Origin: Pseudonocardiales bacterium
Lineage (GTDB): Bacteria > Actinomycetota > Actinomycetes > Mycobacteriales > Pseudonocardiaceae
Direction: 5' to 3'
Length of the DNA: 64,000 nucleotides
NCBI GenBank assembly: GCA_023252195.1
Contig: JAHEXI010000008.1
Location: forward strand, 96,980-160,979
In this document: piece after piece, positions 19,953-31,448 of the stretch
Numbering within the stretch: position 1 is the first letter of the stretch
Layout: each line of letters opens with the position of its first letter
The notes under the pieces: model-generated
The model's database searches: none
What the model was told of the DNA's origin: nothing
What the model saw: the letters and a program-made list of their open reading frames with translations, nothing else
Translations under genes and position numbers: made by a program

Positions 19953-21278
19953 CTATCCGTCTCCTGAGGCCTTCCTCGCCAGGCTGGCGCGGACGGTGAC
20001 GGCCATGATCACGACCACCACGGCCGGTCCGGCGAGTTGCGCCGCCACCGCGGCCAGCAGCGGGGCAGTCGGGGCGAACAGCAGCGCGCCGAAGACGACG
20101 GTGCCGACGATCCACGCCGACATCGCCGTCCGGTGCTCGCCCAGCGCCACCAGCGCGGGCTGCAGGACCTGCGCGATCATCATGATCACCGTGCTCAGCC
20201 CGAGCAGGGCGGCGACCAGCCAGGGGAGCTCGAAGGGAGCGTTGAAGAACACGCGAGCGGCCCAGGGGCCGGCGATCGCCGCGCCCACGACGCCCAACAG
20301 GCCGATCGCACCCGTCACGCCGACCACGGACCGGATTTGCCGCCACACCCGCGCGGTCTCTCCGCGCTCGACGGCAGCGGTGAGCGACGGCAGCAGGAAT
20401 GCCTGCACGGGTGAGAACAGGAACAGCGGGATCCTGGCGAGCACGAACAGCGAGACGAAGCTGGCCGCCGTGCCGGGATCGTCGGTGAGTCGCGAGGTCA
20501 GCACCACCGGCGCGATGTTTGCCAGTAGCAGGGTCAGTGCCGAGGCGGCCGCGAGAAACCCGACGCCACGAGCCATCCGTGGCAGACCCAGCGGCGGTCC
20601 AGGGGCGCCGGGGCGGACCCCACCGACCGTCGCCGCGACGGCCAGCACCGTTCCGAGCGCGAACGCGAACCCGAACGCCGCCGTACCAGCTTCAGTACCA
20701 GCGATACCTACCCAGACCAGCACCACCGACGGGATCAGCCGGGCCAACCCCTCGGCTGCGAGGCTGGCCCCGTACCAGCCGTACCGCTGCTGCCCGCTGA
20801 ACAGACCCCGGACAACGTGCACCGACGCGGACCCGGCGACGGCGACGACTACCGCGACAAGCAACGACCACGCCCCACCGAACACCCGGTGCACCAGCAG
20901 TGGAGACAGCGCGAGCAGCAGGGCGAGCACCGCGGCCGCGAGCACCGCGCTGGTCACCGTGGCGGACCGCAGCACTGGCCGAGTTGGGCGGTCGGTGGAG
21001 ATCCGGCTGCTGACCTCCCGGCTGGTCTCCTGCTCGACAGCCACGAAGACGCCAGGTCCGACCACCGCAGTGAGCAAGTACAGCGACGCCACCGCCGCGT
21101 ACGCGCGAGGCGCCAGCGCATGACCGGCGAGGCCGAGGAAGGCATACGCGGAGATACCGAGCAGGCCTAGCCCGGCGCCGACCGGTGCGACATCCGGGAG
21201 CCGCGCGCGCAGCTGAGCCAGCGCGGAGCTGCTGTTCGGGTCCAGCGCGGAGCTGCTGTTTGGCCCTAGTCGCAGCAC
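19953..21278 (-). CDS. Polysaccharide biosynthesis/flippase-like membrane protein (Rv3630-like)
   Basis: About 12 TM segments; EQETSR, RGLFSG, LARIPLFLF. Confidence 0.7.
   Translation of the reverse strand: MLRLGPNSSSALDPNSSSALAQLRARLPDVAPVGAGLGLLGISAYAFLGLAGHALAPRAYAAVASLYLLTAVVGPGVFVAVEQETSREVSSRISTDRPTRPVLRSATVTSAVLAAAVLALLLALSPLLVHRVFGGAWSLLVAVVVAVAGSASVHVVRGLFSGQQRYGWYGASLAAEGLARLIPSVVLVWVGIAGTEAGTAAFGFAFALGTVLAVAATVGGVRPGAPGPPLGLPRMARGVGFLAAASALTLLLANIAPVVLTSRLTDDPGTAASFVSLFVLARIPLFLFSPVQAFLLPSLTAAVERGETARVWRQIRSVVGVTGAIGLLGVVGAAIAGPWAARVFFNAPFELPWLVAALLGLSTVIMMIAQVLQPALVALGEHRTAMSAWIVGTVVFGALLFAPTAPLLAAVAAQLAGPAVVVVIMAVTVRASLARKASGDG
21218..21260. repeat. 24-bp-period duplication encoding PNSSSAL twice
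   Basis: CCAGCGCGGAGCTGCTGTT at 21218 and 21242. Confidence 0.8.
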
Positions 21279-21344
21279 GCCGCAACGGTACGGGATCCAA
21301 CATTGAGGACCCGCGCGGCCAGTACCTGCTCCTGATCCGCATCG

Positions 21345-23441
21345 GTGAGGAGTGACCGGCTAATGTGCCGCGTGCCCGACGTACTGCTCCTGCTGGTGGC
21401 GTTGCTGGTCTGCTACCTGCCTGGGCTGGCGTTGATGGCGGCGTTGGGCGTGCGGTCCGGCGTGCTGCTGATGGGTCTTGCGCCTGCGGTGTCGGTGGGC
21501 GTGGCGGTGGTAACCGGCGTCGGGACTGCGATCCTCGGGGTGGCCTTCGGTGCCACCCCGCTGGGGGTGGTCACAGCCGTGATGTTCGCGGTTGCCGCCG
21601 GACTCGAGGTGCGCCGGCGCTCAAAGCAGGGACGTCAAAGAGGACGTGGGCGCCCCGCCACCGGGTGGGTGGTGCAGGCGGTCGGTGCGGTGCTGGTGGC
21701 CGCCGGCGCCGCCGCCGGCGTCGGCACCTGGTTGCGGGGGATAGGTCCATTGTCGACCGTCCCCCAAGAGCACGACATGATTGTCCATGCCGTGCTGTCG
21801 GCGTACATCCAACGCACCGGTCATGCGGCCCCATGGCAGCTGATGCCAGCCGATGTCCTGACCGGCGCGCCGGTGGTTTTCTACCCGGCGGGGCTGCATC
21901 TGCTGGTGGCGGTCGCTGGCGGCCTCACCGGTGGCACCGTACCGGCGCTCAACGCCGTGACCGTCGTCGTGCTGGCAGTGAGCCTGTCGCTGTCAGCGGC
22001 GACCCTGACTGTGGTGGCGGCCCGCCAGCTACGGCTAGGTCTCCCAACTGCGATGCTCGCGGCCGGCGTCGCGGCGCTGGTGGCGTCGGGGCTGTACCGG
22101 CCGACCTTCCAGCTGATGCACGACGGCGGCCTGCTCACCGGCGGCGCCGCTCTGGCGCTGACGCCGGGCGTGGTCGCCGGGGTACTGATGTTGCCTAGAC
22201 TGCCGCGCAGATCGGCGGTGGCGGTCGGGGCGGCGTGCGCCGGTGTGGTGGCTGTGCATCCCAGCGCAGCGGTCTCGGTGGGAGTGACGGTCATCGCGTG
22301 GTGGGTGGGGCAGGCGCTGACCCGCCAGGGGCGCCAGCAGCTGCGCGGCCAGCGCCATCTGGTCGGGTTGCTGGTCACAGCCGGGACAGCGGTGATGCTC
22401 GGTGCCGGAACACTCGCAGGGGCGATGGCGGCCGGTGGGCGAACCAACGGGTGGCCGCCGGACATCTCGCCTACCCCGTTCGGCGATGCGGTGGGCAGCA
22501 CACTGGCGCTGTCCTACGGCGGGCATCTCGACCCGCACCGCTCCCTGGGCCAGCTCGTGGCGGCCGTTCTCGTCGCGCTCGGCGTGGTCGCGGTGGTCGC
22601 GCTGCGCCGCGGGTTCGGCCCGGTGACCGCCTGGGCGGCGTGGAGCCTGGTGACGATCGGTGCGTTCCTGAGCCCCGGCTCATGGCCGGTGTCCCTGATC
22701 ACCGGGTTCTTCTACAACGCACAGCTGCGCGTGTGGTCACATGTATCGCTGCTGGCACCGGTACTCGCGGCACTCGGAGTGGTGCTCACCGCGAACCAGT
22801 GCGCCGTGTGGTTGCGCCGGCACTGTCCCGTCCCGGTTTTGGCCCTTACCCCGGTCCGGGCGGCGGCGGCCATGCTCGTGGTGTTGGCCTGGCTGGGATA
22901 TCTGCTGGGGCCGGCCTCGCGCTATGCCCACACCAACGTCACGGCGGTGGCGTCGCGCTACCTGACCCCCGACTTCGTCCGGGTGAACGCCGATGACCAG
23001 CGCGCCATCAGCTGGCTAGCCGGACACATCCGCCCTGGTCAGCGGGTTCTGAACTCGGCCAACGACGGTTCCACCTACCTGTACGTCGAGCGCGGCGTGC
23101 CGGTGTTGAATGTCAACACCCTGGGAGTGCAAGGCCTGCCCTACACATATCGGCTGCTGGAGTCCTTCCGCTCGTACCCGACCGACAGGCAGCTGCGCGC
23201 CGTCCTGCTGCGGTACAACGTGGCCTGGGTGTATGTCGACTCCCGGGCGCCGACGATCGGTTCCGCTGGATCGCCCGAGAACTGGGCGGGGACCGCAGGT
23301 TTCACCCTGGCGCCGGGTCTTGCCGATCTAGCCGGGCTGCCTGGGCTGGTTCCCGTGTTCATCAGCGGCTCGGTCACCGTCTATTCCCTCGACCTCAGCG
23401 TGCTGCGGACGCTATCGGGGCGCACAGTGCGCATGCGGTAG
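21345..23441 (+). CDS. Multi-TM GT-C-like membrane protein (DUF6541/Rv3779-like)
   Basis: YLPG, QEHDMIVH, FYPAGLH, VHPS, FFYN..R, VLNSANDGS. Confidence 0.65.
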   Translation: MRSDRLMCRVPDVLLLLVALLVCYLPGLALMAALGVRSGVLLMGLAPAVSVGVAVVTGVGTAILGVAFGATPLGVVTAVMFAVAAGLEVRRRSKQGRQRGRGRPATGWVVQAVGAVLVAAGAAAGVGTWLRGIGPLSTVPQEHDMIVHAVLSAYIQRTGHAAPWQLMPADVLTGAPVVFYPAGLHLLVAVAGGLTGGTVPALNAVTVVVLAVSLSLSAATLTVVAARQLRLGLPTAMLAAGVAALVASGLYRPTFQLMHDGGLLTGGAALALTPGVVAGVLMLPRLPRRSAVAVGAACAGVVAVHPSAAVSVGVTVIAWWVGQALTRQGRQQLRGQRHLVGLLVTAGTAVMLGAGTLAGAMAAGGRTNGWPPDISPTPFGDAVGSTLALSYGGHLDPHRSLGQLVAAVLVALGVVAVVALRRGFGPVTAWAAWSLVTIGAFLSPGSWPVSLITGFFYNAQLRVWSHVSLLAPVLAALGVVLTANQCAVWLRRHCPVPVLALTPVRAAAAMLVVLAWLGYLLGPASRYAHTNVTAVASRYLTPDFVRVNADDQRAISWLAGHIRPGQRVLNSANDGSTYLYVERGVPVLNVNTLGVQGLPYTYRLLESFRSYPTDRQLRAVLLRYNVAWVYVDSRAPTIGSAGSPENWAGTAGFTLAPGLADLAGLPGLVPVFISGSVTVYSLDLSVLRTLSGRTVRMR

Positions 23442-23492
23442 TGCCGGCACCAGGCGGGTTGAAACAGTAAGGTCCCCGCTAGCCTGCAAGCC

Positions 23493-24449
23493 ATGCGGGC
23501 GGTGGTGACCGGGGGGGCCGGCTTCATCGGTTCGAACATCGTCGATGGTCTCGTTGACGCCGGGGCCGAGGTGCTGGTCGTCGATGATCTGAGCCAGGGT
23601 TCGCGGGCCAATCTCGAGCTCGCGCTCAGTCGCACCGCCCGCCTGATCGAGTTGGATGTCCGCGATGGTCTCGCTGTCGACGAGGTATTCCGGTCGTTCC
23701 GGCCGGAGCTGGTGTTCCACCTCGCCGCCCAGATCGACGTGCGGGTCTCGATGGACGAACCCGCGCGCGACGCGGCCGTCAACGTGCTGGGGTCGGTGAA
23801 TGTGTTCGCCGCCGCCCACGCCGTCGGCGCGCGCCGGGTGGTGAACACCTCAACCGGTGGCGCGATCTACGGCGAGTCGGCAGTGGTGCCCACCTCGGAA
23901 GCCGTTGCAGCCGACCCCGTCTCAGCCTACGGACTGAGCAAGCTCACCGCGGAGCGCTACGCCCGCTGGTTTCACCGGATGCACGGGCTAGACGTGGTGA
24001 CGTTGCGGTACGGCAACGTCTACGGCCCCCGGCAGGATCCCCGCTGCGATGCCGGTGTCATCGCGATCTTCTGCGATCGAGTCCTCGCTGGGCGCAGACC
24101 AATCGTCTACGGCGATGGGCGCCAGACCCGCGATTACGTCTTCGTGGCCGACATCGTGGCGGCCAACCTGGCCATCGCCCGGGCCGTTGCGCCAGCGCAC
24201 CGCGAGTACAACGTGGGTACCGGCACCGAGGTCACGGTGCTGGAGCTGGCCCAGGCGGTTGCGACGGCGGCGGGCGTTGACCCGGTGGACTTCGAGCCGG
24301 ACTTCGTACCTGCCCGCCCCGGCGAACTCCTCCGCAGCTGCCTCGACGTCACCCGCGCCCGATCCGATCTGGGCCTGCAGCTTCCCACGCCGCTGCCCGA
24401 AGGGCTCGCTTGCACCGTGGATTGGGTCCGCTCGGTGGACGTCCGCTAA
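23493..24449 (+). CDS. galE: NAD-dependent epimerase (UDP-glucose 4-epimerase-like)
   Basis: TGGAGFIGS, HLAAQIDVR, STGGAIYG, YGLSK, NVYGPRQ. Confidence 0.85.
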   Translation: MRAVVTGGAGFIGSNIVDGLVDAGAEVLVVDDLSQGSRANLELALSRTARLIELDVRDGLAVDEVFRSFRPELVFHLAAQIDVRVSMDEPARDAAVNVLGSVNVFAAAHAVGARRVVNTSTGGAIYGESAVVPTSEAVAADPVSAYGLSKLTAERYARWFHRMHGLDVVTLRYGNVYGPRQDPRCDAGVIAIFCDRVLAGRRPIVYGDGRQTRDYVFVADIVAANLAIARAVAPAHREYNVGTGTEVTVLELAQAVATAAGVDPVDFEPDFVPARPGELLRSCLDVTRARSDLGLQLPTPLPEGLACTVDWVRSVDVR

Positions 24450-25351
24450 TTCCGACCGTACGTCGCTACGACTTCGTGTAGGCGCGACAGCAGGTGCCTA
24501 TCGGCTGCTCGGGCCGCCCTGGCCCAGCCGTGACGAGTGAGTTCTGCGCTGATCTCCCGGTAATACCGGCGTTCTTCCTCGAAGCGTCGACCGGTGCGCG
24601 CTCTGGTCGATGAGTCGTTGCTGGCATGTCGACGGTAATGAAATGCGATCTCCGCAGGTAGTGCGATGGTACCGCCAACCATGAGCATATCGATCGTGTG
24701 GCTGAGATCGGAGATCGCATCGACATCGCGGTGTGCCCGGGTCCGTTCGATGACGTCTCGACGGAAAGCTAGGGAGGGAAGGTATGTCCAGTTCCCCCGC
24801 AGCAAGCTCGTGACGGCATCCTCGCCGCCGATCTCGCCACGGCGGCGCGCCGCCCAGGACGCAGCCCGTTTGACTCGATCCGCGAGTGGGGTGATGGGCT
24901 CGTCGTGTTCGCCGACGACGGCCACGCCCGGTTGAACGATGATGGCGCTCGGGTGGTCGAGAAATGCTCTCTCGATCACATCGATATAGTTGGGGAGGAG
25001 CAGATCGTCTGCGCCCAAGCTCGTGACATAGCGGGCTGTGCTCTCAGCACCAAGCTGGAATGCCCGGTATAGGTTGCCCGCTATGCCGAGGTTGCATTCG
25101 TTTCGTAGATACCGTATACGCGCGTCATCGAGTTGATCAATATGGTCGGCGGCCTTCGTGTCCGGGTTACAGTCATCGATGACGGTCATTGTCCAGTCAG
25201 CCCGATTGAGCCGTTGAGCGCTCGCGATCGTGGCGAACAAGTAGTGATCTGCGCCGTAAAAGGGTATGACGAAATGGACGGTGGCAAGGTTGCCCGAGTG
25301 CGGTGTCACGGCCGCAGGATAGAGCAACTCGCCTCGCCGGCTCCACCGCAC
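24446..25351 (-). CDS. GT2 glycosyltransferase (start uncertain)
   Basis: IPFYG, VIDD, NLGIAGN, GADD, GNWTYLPS, FHYRRH. Confidence 0.85.
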   Translation of the reverse strand: MRWSRRGELLYPAAVTPHSGNLATVHFVIPFYGADHYLFATIASAQRLNRADWTMTVIDDCNPDTKAADHIDQLDDARIRYLRNECNLGIAGNLYRAFQLGAESTARYVTSLGADDLLLPNYIDVIERAFLDHPSAIIVQPGVAVVGEHDEPITPLADRVKRAASWAARRRGEIGGEDAVTSLLRGNWTYLPSLAFRRDVIERTRAHRDVDAISDLSHTIDMLMVGGTIALPAEIAFHYRRHASNDSSTRARTGRRFEEERRYYREISAELTRHGWARAARAADRHLLSRLHEVVATYGRN

Positions 25352-25385
25352 CGAGTCGGATCTGACGCCGAGCAGGCGAGAGCGC

Positions 25386-25808
25386 TCACTGAGTTTTGGA
25401 CGACCGAGTTTGGGACGACTGGGGCTCGGTGACCAGTGGCTCGGTGACCAGTGGCTCGGTGACCAGCCCGCGGTCGCGGTTGGTCAGCTCGGCGTCCCGC
25501 AACGCCACGGTACGAGCCAGATCGGTCAGGTGGTTGCTGATCTCGCGCTGGCGAAGGTAGGTGTTCAGCATGCCGAACACGAAGGCGACGACCAACAGAT
25601 ACACCACCAGATCGGTGCCACGCCCGACGCCAATCTGCTGCGCGGTCCACGTCATATCGTCGGGCCGCAGCACCGCGTAGATGTTCACCACGATGAACGC
25701 GAAGAACGCGATCCGCTTGCTCGCGCGGATGTGGACGTTGTGCGCCAAGCGTACGAAGTAAACTAGAGCGCCGAGTGCCGCGAGGACGAGAAGGACCTGC
25801 ACGATCAT
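25386..25808 (-). CDS. DUF2304 family membrane protein (Rv3632-like)
   Basis: GVGRGTDLVVY, LARTVAL. Confidence 0.85.
   Translation of the reverse strand: MIVQVLLVLAALGALVYFVRLAHNVHIRASKRIAFFAFIVVNIYAVLRPDDMTWTAQQIGVGRGTDLVVYLLVVAFVFGMLNTYLRQREISNHLTDLARTVALRDAELTNRDRGLVTEPLVTEPLVTEPQSSQTRSSKTQ
25423..25467. repeat. 15-bp tandem repeat x3 (LVTEP)
   Basis: GGCTCGGTGACCAG(T) three times. Confidence 0.85.
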
Positions 25809-25815
25809 GGCACGC

Positions 25816-26508
25816 TCACCTCTGGTCGCGCACGGCCAGGTCGAACAGGATGTTGATCCCGTTGATGAGGGGCTGGCCCTTGCTTGTTGAGTATTCGGTG
25901 TAACGGATCGTCACCGGTAGCTCCCGCACTGTCCACGACGACCGTGCCAGCAGCGAGACGAGCTCCGATGCGTGAGCCATGCCGTTCATCCTGATGCGCA
26001 GCTGCCCCGCGACCGCGCGGTTGAAGACCCGCAGCCCGTTGTGTGCATCGGTGAGGTGCATCTTGCGCGCCACCGGACTCAGCGCCACCACCAGGCCCAG
26101 CGTGATGCGCTTGAGCAGCGGCACCCGGTGTGGCCGGCCCTCGTGCTGATCGAGGAAACGGGAGCCCAGGACGACGTCGGCAAAACCGCTGCGGGCCGCG
26201 TCGACCATGCGGCCGGCATCGGCGACCCGATGCTGACCGTCCGCGTCGAAGGTCACGAAGAACCGACCGCCCGGACGGGCCAGCGCGTAGCACAACCCGG
26301 TCTGCAAGGCCGCACCCTGTCCCAGGTTGATCGGGTGCCGAACCAGGTGCGCCGCGGTCGTGGCGATCTGCGCCGCGGATCCATCGGTGCTGCCGTCGTC
26401 CACGCACACAATGTTGCGGAACGTCGTGTGAAGGTCGGCGACAACTTGCGCGATCACGGTCACCTCGTTGTACACGGGGATGATCACCCACGTGTCGTCA
26501 TTGGCCAT
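25816..26508 (-). CDS. Polyprenol-phosphate glycosyltransferase (DPM/PpgS-like GT2)
   Basis: SD CAGGAG before ATG 26508; IPVYNE, VDDGSTD, NLGQGAA, FDADGQH, TDAHNGLR, MAHASE. Confidence 0.88.
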   Translation of the reverse strand: MANDDTWVIIPVYNEVTVIAQVVADLHTTFRNIVCVDDGSTDGSAAQIATTAAHLVRHPINLGQGAALQTGLCYALARPGGRFFVTFDADGQHRVADAGRMVDAARSGFADVVLGSRFLDQHEGRPHRVPLLKRITLGLVVALSPVARKMHLTDAHNGLRVFNRAVAGQLRIRMNGMAHASELVSLLARSSWTVRELPVTIRYTEYSTSKGQPLINGINILFDLAVRDQR

Positions 26509-26552
26509 CTGCGACTCCTGATCGCCGGGCGAGGCGTCGTCGCGCAGGGTAG

Positions 26553-27866
<1,314 letters not shown>

Positions 27867-27976
27867 ACTGCGGACACGTCATGGAGGGGTAGCCGACCCG
27901 TTACGGGTCGCTGCCGAGGGCTACCCTCTGGCGACGTCAACACCGAGTCCGTCACACCGCCAGTACTGGGGAGTCC

Positions 27977-29980
27977 ATGCCCACCAGCACCGTCTGGAGC
28001 CCGGAAGAGTCGTTCGCCAGCGCGCCCGTCGAGCCGTTCTCGACGCTGCTGCAGCGCGTGTTACTGCCCCGCCGGGGAGACCCGATGGCCGTCCGGGCGC
28101 TGTACGTCGACGAGCAGTCGGCCACGGCCCGGCGGGTGTGGCCACCGGCCGGTGCTACCGGTGCCCCTGATCGGCGTGACGTCGACATCGAAATCACCCT
28201 GGCCAACCCCAACGCTCGGCGGGCGCGCGCGCTGTCGCGCACCAGCGTGGCAGTGCCCGAGCAGACCGAGGTGTCCTTCGCGGCGTACTTCAACGCCTTC
28301 CCGGCCAGCTACTGGCGGCGCTGGACCGCGCTGCGCACCGTGCGGCTGCGCCTGGACGTCGAGGGCGCCGGCCGGGTTGATGTCTACCGATCCAAGGCCG
28401 ACGCCACGGTCATCCACACGCACGGCGAACTGGTCGAGGGGCGCCGCCAGCTCGACATCGAGCTGGACTTGACCCCGTTCGAGGACGGCGGCTGGTACTG
28501 GTTCGACCTCAGCACCGAGGACTCCGAGCTAATCGTGCACTCCGGCGGCTGGCACGCGCCGATCGAGGCGCCCGGGCGCGCCGCGGTGACCATCGGCATG
28601 CCCACCTTCAACCGCCCCACCGACTGCGTGGCCACCCTGCGCGCGATCGGCGAGGACGAGCTAGTCCGCTCCATCGTCACCGCGGTGGTGATCCCCGACC
28701 AAGGCGCCAACAAGGTCCGAGACCAGGGGGGTTTCGCGCAGGCGCAGGCCGTGCTGGGCGACCGGCTGCGGATCATCGACCAGCCCAACATCGGTGGCTC
28801 CGGCGGGTACGCGCGGGTGATGTACGAGGCGCTGGAGAACACTGACTGCGAGCAGATCCTCTACATGGACGACGACATCGTCCTGGAACCCGACTCGATC
28901 CTGCGCGCGGTGGCGTTCTCCCGGTTCGCCCGCCGGCCGATGCTGGTCGGTGGGCAGATGCTGCAGGCTCAGGCCCGTTCCCGGCTGCACGCCTGGGGCG
29001 AGATCGTCGACCGGCAGCGGATGCGGTGGAACAAGGCGCCGGGCACCGAATACGACCACGACTTCGCCCAGCACTCGCTGCGCGAGACCGCCTGGATGCA
29101 CCGGCGCACCGACGTCGACTACAACGCCTGGTGGATGTGCCTGATCCCGCGCACCATCGCCGAGGACATCGGGCTGCCGCTGCCGCTGTTCATCAAATGG
29201 GACGACGTCGAGTACGGGCTGCGGGCGCGCGACGCCGGCTATCCCACCGCGACCGTGCCCGGCGTGGCGATCTGGCACATGTCCTTCGCCGACAAGGACG
29301 ACGCCACCGACTGGCAGGCTTATTTCCACCTGCGCAACCGGCTGGTCGGCGCGGCGCTGCACGGCACCGAGGAGCGACCTACGGCGATGTTCGCCGACAG
29401 CCTCAAACACGCCCTGAAACACGCCCTGGCGATGGAGTACTCCACCCTGGCGCTGCAGGAAATGGCGATCCGGGACTTCCTGGCCGGACCGGAAGCGTTG
29501 TTCGACAAGCTACCCACGGCGCTGGGTGAGGTACGGGCCCGCTGCGCGGAGTTCACCGACGGCCAGGTGGTGGACTCCCAAGAGCTGCCACTGCCAGCCG
29601 CCGGGGCGGTTGCGGCGCAGCGGATGCTCAAACCGCCCACCAACCCGGTCACCATCGGGGCGACCCTGCTCAAGCGCTTGGCGCATCAGCTGCGCCCGGT
29701 CGATGCCCAGGCCCAGCACCGCCCGCAGCTGTCGCTGGCCCGGACCGACGCCCGGTGGTTCGTGCTCTCCGGGCTGGACGGGGTGACCGTGTCCACCGCG
29801 GACGGCCGTGGCGTCACCTACCGCAAGCGTGATCCCCAGGCGTTTCGCTCGATGCTGGCCCGATCGGTGGCGCTGCACCGGGAACTCGCCCGGGACTTTC
29901 CCCGGCTGCGCAAGCGCTACCGCGACGCCGCACCGGGGCTTACTGACCGGACCGGCTGGAAAAGGGTATTCGACGCGTGA
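27977..29980 (+). CDS. glfT2: Galactofuranosyltransferase GlfT2, paralog 2
   Basis: Same motifs as paralog 1; canonical position between glf and PAP2/ubiA. Confidence 0.9.
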   Translation: MPTSTVWSPEESFASAPVEPFSTLLQRVLLPRRGDPMAVRALYVDEQSATARRVWPPAGATGAPDRRDVDIEITLANPNARRARALSRTSVAVPEQTEVSFAAYFNAFPASYWRRWTALRTVRLRLDVEGAGRVDVYRSKADATVIHTHGELVEGRRQLDIELDLTPFEDGGWYWFDLSTEDSELIVHSGGWHAPIEAPGRAAVTIGMPTFNRPTDCVATLRAIGEDELVRSIVTAVVIPDQGANKVRDQGGFAQAQAVLGDRLRIIDQPNIGGSGGYARVMYEALENTDCEQILYMDDDIVLEPDSILRAVAFSRFARRPMLVGGQMLQAQARSRLHAWGEIVDRQRMRWNKAPGTEYDHDFAQHSLRETAWMHRRTDVDYNAWWMCLIPRTIAEDIGLPLPLFIKWDDVEYGLRARDAGYPTATVPGVAIWHMSFADKDDATDWQAYFHLRNRLVGAALHGTEERPTAMFADSLKHALKHALAMEYSTLALQEMAIRDFLAGPEALFDKLPTALGEVRARCAEFTDGQVVDSQELPLPAAGAVAAQRMLKPPTNPVTIGATLLKRLAHQLRPVDAQAQHRPQLSLARTDARWFVLSGLDGVTVSTADGRGVTYRKRDPQAFRSMLARSVALHRELARDFPRLRKRYRDAAPGLTDRTGWKRVFDA

Positions 29981-30531
29981 TGCTGCAACTGATGCTCCAA
30001 CGGCGAGCCACCACCGACGACCAAGAGACCGCAGTGCTCGCTGCTGTGCAGCGCAGAATTGCGGTGCCGCAGGTGGTGGCCCTCGCCCGCGGGATGTCAC
30101 ATTTCGGCGAGCACGCCCTGGGCTGGTTGGCGCTGGGTGCGCTGGGTGCGCTAATCGATCGACGGCGCCGCCGGGACTGGCTGGTTTCGGTGGCCACGGT
30201 GGCGGCCGCGCACGGCACGTCGATCGCGGTGAAGCGGGTGGTGCGCCGGCCGCGCCCGGTTGATCCGTCCGTCGCGGTGCTGGCTGACACCCCGAGCCAG
30301 CTGTCCTTCCCCTCCTCGCATGCCGCGTCGACCACCGCGGCGGCGATTCTTTACGGCGGCTTGCTGCGTCGCCGGCTGACCCCGCTGTTGGTGCCCCCGA
30401 TGCTGATCAGCAGACTGGTGCTCGGCGTGCACTACCCGAGCGACGTCCTGGTGGGCTCCGCGCTCGGCGCGGCCATCGGTACCGCGATGCGACGACGGTT
30501 GCGCGGCAACACTCTGAGAGGACGGCGATGA
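29977..30531 (+). CDS. PAP2 phosphatase (Rv3807c-like decaprenylphosphoryl-5-phosphoribose phosphatase)
   Basis: KRVVRRPRP, SFPSSH, SRLVLGVHYPSDV. Confidence 0.88.
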   Translation: MMLQLMLQRRATTDDQETAVLAAVQRRIAVPQVVALARGMSHFGEHALGWLALGALGALIDRRRRRDWLVSVATVAAAHGTSIAVKRVVRRPRPVDPSVAVLADTPSQLSFPSSHAASTTAAAILYGGLLRRRLTPLLVPPMLISRLVLGVHYPSDVLVGSALGAAIGTAMRRRLRGNTLRGRR

Positions 30532-31436
30532 CCACCACCGCGCCGGGTCAGATCCGGGCGACGCGAGGCGACAACGCGCTGTTCGGGCTGGTTCGCACCA
30601 TGCGGCCCCGGCAATGGGTGAAGAACGTCCTGGTGCTGGCGGCGCCGTTCGCTGGCGGCACCATCTTCCACCTGCCCGTTGTCATCGCCGTCGGGATCGC
30701 GTTTATCGCGTTCTCGCTCGCCGCGTCCGGCGTGTACCTGGTCAACGATGTCCAGGACGTCGAGGCCGACCGCGCGCACCCAACCAAGCGCAACCGGCCG
30801 ATCGCCGCCGGAGTGGTGCCACCGCGGCTGGCCCTGGCCGTCGCAGCCGCGCTGTTCGTGGCGGCGATCGGGGTGTCTTTCCTGGCGTCGACCGACCTGG
30901 TCCTGGTCACCGTGGTCTACATCGCGGTGCAGCTGTCCTACTGTTTGTGGCTCAAACACCAGCCGGTGGTGGACATCTCCATCGTCGCGTCCGGCTTTCT
31001 GCTGCGGGCGATCGCGGGCGGCGCTGCCGCGGGGATCGCACTGTCCCAGTGGTTCCTGCTGACCACTGCATTCGGATCACTGTTCATGGTGGCCGGTAAG
31101 CGCTATGCCGAGATCCGGCTCGCTGAGCGGACCGGCGCGAAGATCCGCAAGTCGCTGGAGCGCTACACCGCTTCCTACCTGCGCTTCGTGTGGACTCTCT
31201 CCGCCACCGGCGTGATCATGACCTACGGTTCGTGGGCGTTTCAGCTCAGCCAGACCAACCACTCGCGCTGGCCGGTAATCTCCCTGGTTCCCTTCGTCAT
31301 AGCCATCCTGCGCTATGCCGTAGATGTCGACGGCGGCAACGGCGGCGAACCCGAAGAGATCGCCCTAGGTGACCGCACCCTGCAGGTACTAGGCGCCGCG
31401 CTAGTCTTCACCCTCATCGCCGCCGTCTACTTCTAA
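30528..31436 (+). CDS. ubiA: Decaprenyl-phosphate phosphoribosyltransferase (Rv3806c-like)
   Basis: RPRQWVKN, YLVNDVQDVEADRAHPTKRNRPIA, GKRYAE, GEPEEI. Confidence 0.92.
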   Translation: MTTTAPGQIRATRGDNALFGLVRTMRPRQWVKNVLVLAAPFAGGTIFHLPVVIAVGIAFIAFSLAASGVYLVNDVQDVEADRAHPTKRNRPIAAGVVPPRLALAVAAALFVAAIGVSFLASTDLVLVTVVYIAVQLSYCLWLKHQPVVDISIVASGFLLRAIAGGAAAGIALSQWFLLTTAFGSLFMVAGKRYAEIRLAERTGAKIRKSLERYTASYLRFVWTLSATGVIMTYGSWAFQLSQTNHSRWPVISLVPFVIAILRYAVDVDGGNGGEPEEIALGDRTLQVLGAALVFTLIAAVYF

Positions 31437-31448
31437 CGGGGCTGGTGC

